Positions 25,653 through 32,000 of a stretch of 32,000 bases of DNA are shown in pieces. The stretch covers positions 3,750,001 through 3,782,000 of the forward strand of contig NC_000964.3 in NCBI RefSeq assembly GCF_000009045.1. The letters are read 5' to 3'. The stretch comes from Bacillus subtilis subsp. subtilis str. 168. Lineage in GTDB: Bacteria; Bacillota; Bacilli; Bacillales; Bacillaceae. A model generated the notes under the pieces. It was not told where the DNA came from and did no database searches. It saw only the letters and a program-made list of their open reading frames with translations. Each line of letters starts with the position of its first letter. The stretch's first letter is position 1. A program made the translations under genes and the position numbers.

Positions 25653-26336
25653 TTATTTAGATAACATTAGTGATTGCTGAGTGAAAATTTTCTCAACATC
25701 TTTTTGGGTATAAGCCGGGAAGTATTCACCGCCGCCTACTTTCGCAATTGCGTTCAGCTGGCCTTTGTATCCCTCTTTATAATCAAAGCCGATCACATTA
25801 ACAGTGATATTGTCTTTTTGCAGTTCCTTTGCTGTTTTAATCGGGTTTCCTCCGCACGTTTCCTCACCGTCTGTCAACAGATACACCACTTTTTCCCCTT
25901 TTGCATCAAGCTGGTCAAAAGAAGATTTCGCCTCGTTCAGCGCTTTGGCAATTGGCGTCCAGCCAGTCGGCCCAATTGTATTGAGAGAATTGAGGAAGCT
26001 TTGCTCGTTAAAGCTTTGGAAGCCGTATACGTTGCGAATGGCTTCACATGACTGAACTTTTCCGGAATTTTTATTGTTTCCTTCAGAGCCAAACACGCTC
26101 ATTTTCACCTGAGTTCCTTCTGGCAATGAGCTCGCAAACTTTGAAATTTCTTTTTTGGCTGAATTAAATTTAGATACACCATCTATTCTTTTCGCCATAC
26201 TTCCGCTGGCATCAAGCAAGACCGCCACGTTCGCCGGCGCTTTAGCCTCCGTTTCTGTCTTTTCAGCTGCAAAAGCAGGTGAAGTTAATCCAAAAAGCAA
26301 TCCTGTCATCATGATCAGTGAAAATCTTTTCTTCAT
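25653..26336 (-). CDS. ywmC: Secreted vWA domain protein, paralog of YwmD
   Basis: 227 aa with a signal peptide ending AFAAEK, the MIDAS motif DASGSM, and the shared strings PTGWTPIAKAL and TDGEETCGGNP. Confidence 0.85.
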   Translation of the reverse strand: MKKRFSLIMMTGLLFGLTSPAFAAEKTETEAKAPANVAVLLDASGSMAKRIDGVSKFNSAKKEISKFASSLPEGTQVKMSVFGSEGNNKNSGKVQSCEAIRNVYGFQSFNEQSFLNSLNTIGPTGWTPIAKALNEAKSSFDQLDAKGEKVVYLLTDGEETCGGNPIKTAKELQKDNITVNVIGFDYKEGYKGQLNAIAKVGGGEYFPAYTQKDVEKIFTQQSLMLSK

Positions 26337-26548
26337 GTTCGTACCCCTTTACCAATTTGTTTCTGCGTGCAGATGTTCAACGCTGAACATAATCTATCGT
26401 AATCAACAAAAACCGAGAAATAAATAGGGCGGGCTTCCCCATTGCTGTTGTTTACTTTTGCATAGAAACCTATGTTTTTATTAGTGATTTCCACCTAACG
26501 CCCCTATGAAAAGAGAAGATTGTCCGCCTTTCGGCTTTCGTTATATGA

Positions 26549-26568
26549 GTCTGTCGAAGTCTGTCGAC
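26549..26568 (+). repeat. Tandem 10-nt repeat gtctgtcgaa/gtctgtcgac (two Spo0A-box-like TGTCGAA/TGTCGAC motifs one helical turn apart)
   Basis: Read directly from the sequence. The two units share 9 of 10 nt, and the repeat lies in the 385-nt gap between the spoIID terminator and the ywmC start. Confidence 0.6.
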
Positions 26569-26694
26569 AAATGTGGATGACTTTACCACAATCTCAAAGC
26601 CTGAAATCAGGAAAAAAGGACTGATCCTTAAAGACGGTCAGAAGCTCCTCTAAACCGTTTCAGCTACTCTTAGATAAAAGATATTCAGGAACAG

Positions 26695-26721
26695 AAAAAG
26701 ACGCCCAATGAGCGTCTTTTT
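26695..26721. terminator. Terminator of spoIID (symmetrical)
   Basis: Stem aaaagacgc/gcgtctttt with loop ccaatga, immediately after the spoIID stop codon. Confidence 0.8.
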
Positions 26722-27753
26722 CTACTTTTTCGCCATATATTTATTCAAAAACGCATCTGCCTCAGAAATTTGTGTGCCTTGGTAATAGTACTTTACAATG
26801 TCATCAACCGTTTTGCCTTCTTTGGCCATAAAATTCGCTCCGTATTGGCTCATCCCCACACCGTGGCCAAATCCTCTCGTCGTGACTGTAATTGTGTCTC
26901 CATTTCGCTTCCATTCAAAATCGGCGGAGTTGAGACCCAACTTTTCACGTATGTCTCTTCCTTTCAGCGTCTTGCCGTTAATGACGGCAGTTGCGACCTG
27001 GTGGCCCGGTGTCTCGCCGGTAATCTTCCCTACTGCGCTAGATCCATCCAGCTTGACGCCAAGCTTTTGCTGAAATTCTGCCGCTGTAAAGGTTTTCGTT
27101 GCCTTATATTTCGGAGACTTTTTATCCCATGGGCTTTTGACGCTTTTTAAATATGGGATAGCACTTGTCCAATAAGCTTCTGCATTCTCTGTGTAGCCGT
27201 TGCTTGTGGAGAAAAAGGATGCTTCAATCGGCTGGTTGTTGTACGTTAAGATTTTGCCTTGCGTACTGGCTACCGCATCTGTGATTTTCTTCAGTTTTGT
27301 CTCATAGCTTGTGCCCCACTGTTTTTTCAGCTCCGCTTTGCTTTTATACACCTGGAACATCTGTGTATCATCCACCAGTGAGCCTTTAGGAGCTTCTACC
27401 GCTGAATTTGACACCATCAGTCTGACAATAAATGTTCTGGCGGCAAGCGCCTGGGCTTTCAGCGCTTCAGGTTTAAAGGTTGCCGGCATTTCGGAGGCGA
27501 CGACTCCAATCACATACTCTTCAAGCGGAATGTTTTCTACGGATTGATTTGCGGTTCGATAGACGGGAATAGAAACAGGTGATGCTTTCAATGTTTCTGC
27601 TCCTTTCGATGCTGGTTTCGTGCTGACTGCTGTCTTTTCTGATTCTACGCTGGCCCCCGCTTCCTTATTATGCTGGAATGGTATAACCAAGAGTGTGGGA
27701 ACCAAGAGAATCAATGCACATAGTACGGATAGTGTGATTGCGAATTGTTTCAT
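26722..27753 (-). CDS. spoIID: Stage II sporulation protein D (lytic transglycosylase for engulfment)
   Basis: 343 aa with an N-terminal TM anchor and the SpoIID/LytB domain (FFSTSNGYTE, GHGVGMSQYGA). Confidence 0.93.
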   Translation of the reverse strand: MKQFAITLSVLCALILLVPTLLVIPFQHNKEAGASVESEKTAVSTKPASKGAETLKASPVSIPVYRTANQSVENIPLEEYVIGVVASEMPATFKPEALKAQALAARTFIVRLMVSNSAVEAPKGSLVDDTQMFQVYKSKAELKKQWGTSYETKLKKITDAVASTQGKILTYNNQPIEASFFSTSNGYTENAEAYWTSAIPYLKSVKSPWDKKSPKYKATKTFTAAEFQQKLGVKLDGSSAVGKITGETPGHQVATAVINGKTLKGRDIREKLGLNSADFEWKRNGDTITVTTRGFGHGVGMSQYGANFMAKEGKTVDDIVKYYYQGTQISEADAFLNKYMAKK

Positions 27754-27790
27754 ATTCAGCTGCCTCCTGCTCGGGATTCGACTCTAGTCT

Positions 27791-27819
27791 AGTCTATGGG
27801 CAGGGACAAGCTAATATGA
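27791..27819 (-). promoter_or_regulatory. sigmaE-type promoter of spoIID
   Basis: On the minus strand TCATATT, then 14 nt, then CATAGACT, against the sigmaE consensus (-35 ATATT-like, -10 CATACA-T). Confidence 0.6.
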
Positions 27820-27903
27820 CTCTCGTTTTGGACAGAAACTTTATTTGTCATTTACGTATTCTTTTTTGCTATTTTGCGCATAATGATGATAATACACAAA
27901 AAA

Positions 27904-27935
27904 TAAAAAACCAGTATGCCAGAGTGACATACTGA
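27904..27935 (-). terminator. Rho-independent terminator of murAA
   Basis: On the minus strand the stem cagtatg/catactg is followed by gttttttatttttt. Confidence 0.8.
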
Positions 27936-27948
27936 TTTTCAAGTAAGT

Positions 27949-29259
27949 TTATGCATTTAAGTCAGAAACGACTTCTTTATTCTCTTGCTCAGAAGCAGAC
28001 TCATCATTTACACGTTCGATGTCTGCGCCCAGAGCGGCAAGCTTCTGATGGAAATCAACGTAACCGCGGTCTAAGTGCTTCAATTCAGTAACACGTGTGT
28101 GACCTTCAGCCACTAACCCCGCAAGAATCAGCGCTGCACCTGCACGCAAATCAGTCGCTGCAACTTCAGCTCCCTGAAGCTGTACAGGACCGTTAATGAT
28201 GACAGAACGTCCTTCAATCTTGATATCACCATTCATACGGCGGAATTCTTCCGCATGCATAAAACGGTTTTCAAAAACGGTTTCTGTAATCATGCTTGTG
28301 CCGCTTGCACGAAGCAGAAGCGCCATCATTTGTGACTGCATATCAGTCGGGAAGCCCGGGTGAGGCATTGTTTTGATGTCAATCGGTTTAAGCTCTTTCG
28401 GGCCGATGACACGCAGACCTTCACCTTCATCCTTAATTGTTACACCCATCTCTTCCATTTTTGCAATTAAAGAGGTGAGGTGCTCAGGAACCGCTCCTTT
28501 TACTAATACGTTTCCTTCAGTGATTGCAGCAGCAACCATAAATGTGCCCGCTTCAATACGGTCAGGAATAATATGGTGTTTTACGCCGTGAAGCTTTTCG
28601 ACTCCTTCAATTTTGATGGTGCCGGTGCCAGCTCCGCGGATTTTTCCGCCCATGCCGTTGATATAGTTTGCTAAATCAACGATTTCGGGTTCTTTTGCCA
28701 CGTTTTCCAGCGTTGTTGTTCCTTCAGCTAGAGCGGCTGCCATAATCAGGTTCTCTGTAGCTCCTACACTTGGGAAGTCCAGATAAATTTTTGCGCCTTG
28801 CAGTCGGCCTTTTACTTCAGCTTCAATGAAGCCATTACCGACTTTGATTTCTGCGCCCATTGCTTCAAAACCTTTTAAATGCTGATCAATCGGTCTGGAA
28901 CCAATTGCGCATCCGCCCGGAAGTGCAACTCTTGCATGACCTGTACGCGCAAGAAGCGGCCCCATGACAAGCACAGACGCACGCATTTTACGAACATATT
29001 CAAAAGGTGCTTCAGTTTGCAAAGCGTATGAAGCATTTACAGTCACTTCATTATTTTCAAAATGCACATCTGCTCCTAAATGACGCAACACTTCGTTAAT
29101 TGTATATACATCGGAGAGCGTAGGTACATCACAAATTACGCTTTTTTCTTCACTTGCTAATAAAGATGCAGCGATAACAGGTAAAACGGCATTTTTAGCG
29201 CCTTCAACTTTGACTGTGCCGTTTAACTTCTGACCGCCGCGGACGATGATTTTTTCCAA
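27949..29259 (-). CDS. murAA: UDP-N-acetylglucosamine 1-carboxyvinyltransferase
   Basis: 436-aa MurA ([20 protein letters not shown], active-site loop [12 protein letters not shown]). Confidence 0.97.
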   Translation of the reverse strand: MEKIIVRGGQKLNGTVKVEGAKNAVLPVIAASLLASEEKSVICDVPTLSDVYTINEVLRHLGADVHFENNEVTVNASYALQTEAPFEYVRKMRASVLVMGPLLARTGHARVALPGGCAIGSRPIDQHLKGFEAMGAEIKVGNGFIEAEVKGRLQGAKIYLDFPSVGATENLIMAAALAEGTTTLENVAKEPEIVDLANYINGMGGKIRGAGTGTIKIEGVEKLHGVKHHIIPDRIEAGTFMVAAAITEGNVLVKGAVPEHLTSLIAKMEEMGVTIKDEGEGLRVIGPKELKPIDIKTMPHPGFPTDMQSQMMALLLRASGTSMITETVFENRFMHAEEFRRMNGDIKIEGRSVIINGPVQLQGAEVAATDLRAGAALILAGLVAEGHTRVTELKHLDRGYVDFHQKLAALGADIERVNDESASEQENKEVVSDLNA

Positions 29260-29292
29260 GGTATTCCCCTCCGCGTCCCTAAATTCTCTATA

Positions 29293-30033
29293 TTAATATT
29301 CAGTCGTAACGATTGGTGTGCCAACCGTAACGGTATGTTTTCCGCCCATTCCTGCACTTCTAAGTGCAATTTGCAAATTCATTTTATGTTTCGAGGTCAT
29401 AATGTACTCTTCCCACTCATCTGTAAACGCAGAAATAGAAACGAAATTTGGCTCAACTACATGTTCTACTGATCTTGCTTGAAATTCATTTAATAACTGA
29501 TTTGCTTTTTTTTGCAAAACAATATTCATATTATCATCTAAGTGACCATTTAGACAAGTAAAAATAACTACTTTTTCTTGGAATATCCCAAGTGTCTCCC
29601 GTTCAAACTGTTCATATGTATCATTCCAGCTATCCGGTGTCTCTAGACTCATTTGCTCATATAATAAATACGAAGTTGGATTGTGTTTTTTGAGGGTTGT
29701 GACAAGCTGCAGTCTAAAAGAAGTACGATTTTTTTTGTCAGTATATGTGCCAATTGCCTTTATCATTTTATCTTCCCGTGCAATCACCCAATCATATTGA
29801 CGATACTCTTGTTTTAAACGTTGCACTTTTTGATAAAATTCTTTTTCGGTCAGTGACAAGTTTTGTTTTGCATGCAATGTCCACTTATCTATTGACACAT
29901 CTTGACGTTCCATCCCCTCTGCCATCTGTGCTAACGGCGTTAATTCACTCGCATGAATGGTATGGAAAACAGCAATGACGAAGCTTAACATGACGGAAAT
30001 GATAATAGCGTGGCTTACTTGTTTTTTCTTCAT
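29293..30033 (-). CDS. spoIIT: Membrane-anchored sporulation protein SpoIIT (YwmB)
   Basis: ORF with an N-terminal hydrophobic anchor, 33 nt upstream of murAA. The RBS gggggag is too close to the ATG at 30039, so the ATG at 30033 is preferred. The start is uncertain by 2 codons. Confidence 0.8.
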   Translation of the reverse strand: MKKKQVSHAIIISVMLSFVIAVFHTIHASELTPLAQMAEGMERQDVSIDKWTLHAKQNLSLTEKEFYQKVQRLKQEYRQYDWVIAREDKMIKAIGTYTDKKNRTSFRLQLVTTLKKHNPTSYLLYEQMSLETPDSWNDTYEQFERETLGIFQEKVVIFTCLNGHLDDNMNIVLQKKANQLLNEFQARSVEHVVEPNFVSISAFTDEWEEYIMTSKHKMNLQIALRSAGMGGKHTVTVGTPIVTTEY

Positions 30034-30161
30034 GTTCATCTCTCCCCCTTATCCCCAGTTTTACCGGAGGCAAGAGGCGCCATACGTAAAAATCTTCGTC
30101 AAAACTCGAGCTATTCGCTTCAACCCGCTTCTCCCAACCATTTAATAATGTTCAAAACCTA

Positions 30162-30392
30162 TTAAAATAGATAGGGAAGCTGCTGTGAATAATTGAGGTA
30201 ATCTAAAAAGAAATTGGCAACGGCCGTTCCAATGGCGATTGTCAGCAAAATCATCAGGAGTCTTGCCTGCACGACTTTGCCTTTTTTGATTAACGGATCT
30301 ATATTGACGGCTTGCAACGCCCACCAAGTCACTGCTATAAAAATCAGGTGAACGACAATGCCGATTGCAGCCTGCTGTCCCAATACACTCAT
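30162..30392 (-). CDS. ywzB: Small two-TM membrane protein (DUF1146-like)
   Basis: 76 aa with RBS aaaggag 6 nt upstream. It is preferred over the overlapping 150-aa ORF in another frame. Confidence 0.8.
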   Translation of the reverse strand: MSVLGQQAAIGIVVHLIFIAVTWWALQAVNIDPLIKKGKVVQARLLMILLTIAIGTAVANFFLDYLNYSQQLPYLF

Positions 30393-30561
30393 CTATTACA
30401 CTCCTTTCTCTGCGTTCATACCCTTTCTTATTATATAAGAAGCACAGATAAAGATGATACATTTTATACAGAACGGAATAATCAGCCAAATCTAGGGCTA
30501 ATCCCCGCTTAAAGTGCGATTCTTTTACATGGTATACTTTATTGGAAAGGAGCTGGCAAAT

Positions 30562-31035
30562 GTGAATCATTCTTTTTTTCAGCCTGAAAAGCAATATGGT
30601 GAGGACCTGCCAATTTTTGATCAGGAATGGGAAGCAATTGCATTCTATTATGATTATAGACAGTCACAGATTGAAGAACTGAATGAATTGTGTCAGTTTT
30701 TTAACATTTCTCTTACCTATACGAGAGAAAGCCTTGAAGAGCTTGAAAACCTCTATTTTCAAAGTATACAAGAACTTTTGCTTGCTGATTGGAATCTTCC
30801 TATTGAAGAATTCGAGAAAATGATCAGTGTTTATCTTATAGATTGTGTGATTGCCCGCCATGAAGATGCTGAATGGGTTGTAAAACCTTATCCCTATAAA
30901 GACGGCGCTTATACACTTGGCTTTAGAAGACATCGCAAATCGTGGCATACAATGAATGCCTGTGATGGTTTATACCTGCGTCCAAAAGAGGATCGCCCGT
31001 TGCTGTCGCTGTTTGATTCTCTTGTGCGTTCATAA
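30562..31035 (+). CDS. ywmA: Cytoplasmic protein of unknown function
   Basis: A GTG at 30562 lies 9 nt after aaaggag and gives 157 aa. The ORF-track start at 30514 has no RBS. Confidence 0.75.
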   Translation: MNHSFFQPEKQYGEDLPIFDQEWEAIAFYYDYRQSQIEELNELCQFFNISLTYTRESLEELENLYFQSIQELLLADWNLPIEEFEKMISVYLIDCVIARHEDAEWVVKPYPYKDGAYTLGFRRHRKSWHTMNACDGLYLRPKEDRPLLSLFDSLVRS

Positions 31036-31068
31036 AAAAATCCTTCTCATAAAGAGAAGGATTTTTTC
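31034..31068. terminator. Bidirectional terminator between ywmA and atpC
   Basis: Perfect 14-bp stem aaaaaatccttctc/gagaaggatttttt. Confidence 0.85.
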
Positions 31069-31479
<411 letters not shown>

Positions 31480-31490
31480 CTAGGACCAGA

Positions 31491-32000
<510 letters not shown>

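Noticed and set aside
25400-25660. 86-aa plus-strand ORF between ywmD and ywmC
   Set aside because: It lies in the ywmD promoter region and runs through the ywmC terminator hairpin, with no RBS.
26506-26580. 24-codon plus-strand ORF spanning the tandem TGTCGA repeat
   Set aside because: It has no Shine-Dalgarno sequence upstream (cctaacgcccct). The repeat is better explained as a DNA-level element.
30142-30594. 150-aa minus-strand ORF overlapping ywzB
   Set aside because: It is in a different frame from the 76-aa ywzB ORF, which has a proper RBS and a membrane-protein composition. The long ORF has no RBS, runs through the ywmA promoter and start region, and has an implausible composition.

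Overview
This window matches, by gene order and recognisable products, the Bacillus subtilis 168-type chromosome segment from ywoG to atpD. The order is ywoG, ywoF, pucI, ywoD, ywoC, ywoB, nrgA, nrgB, bcrC, ywnJ, spoIIQ, ywnH, ywnG, ywnF, clsA, mta, ywnC, ywnB, ywnA, ureC, ureB, ureA, csbD, ywmF, rapB, moaA, fdhD, ywmE, ywmD, ywmC, spoIID, murAA, spoIIT(ywmB), ywzB, ywmA, atpC, atpD'. It is core housekeeping, nitrogen-metabolism, envelope-stress and sporulation DNA. I see no rRNA or tRNA genes, CRISPR arrays, transposases, integrases, prophage genes or recognisable defence modules, so I do not claim a new multi-gene system. Several ORF-track starts were moved downstream to Shine-Dalgarno-supported starts. 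The best unannotated signal is the roughly 840-nt leader between the nitrogen-regulated ure P3 promoter and ureA. It translates into decayed, frameshifted and internally deleted remnants of two ABC-transporter ATPase genes of LivG/LivF (UrtD/UrtE) type, which suggests a fossil importer operon fused to urease. Other points worth a second look: a perfect 19-bp palindrome on the ywnA (Rrf2) promoter with a second copy in front of ywnB; a 26-codon hydrophobic ORF coupled to ywoB by an ATGA overlap; two paralog pairs (ywnG/ywnC and ywmC/ywmD); and TGTCGA-containing repeats resembling Spo0A boxes in two intergenic regions. All calls come from reading the sequence and from memory of the families involved. 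No searches or computations were run.
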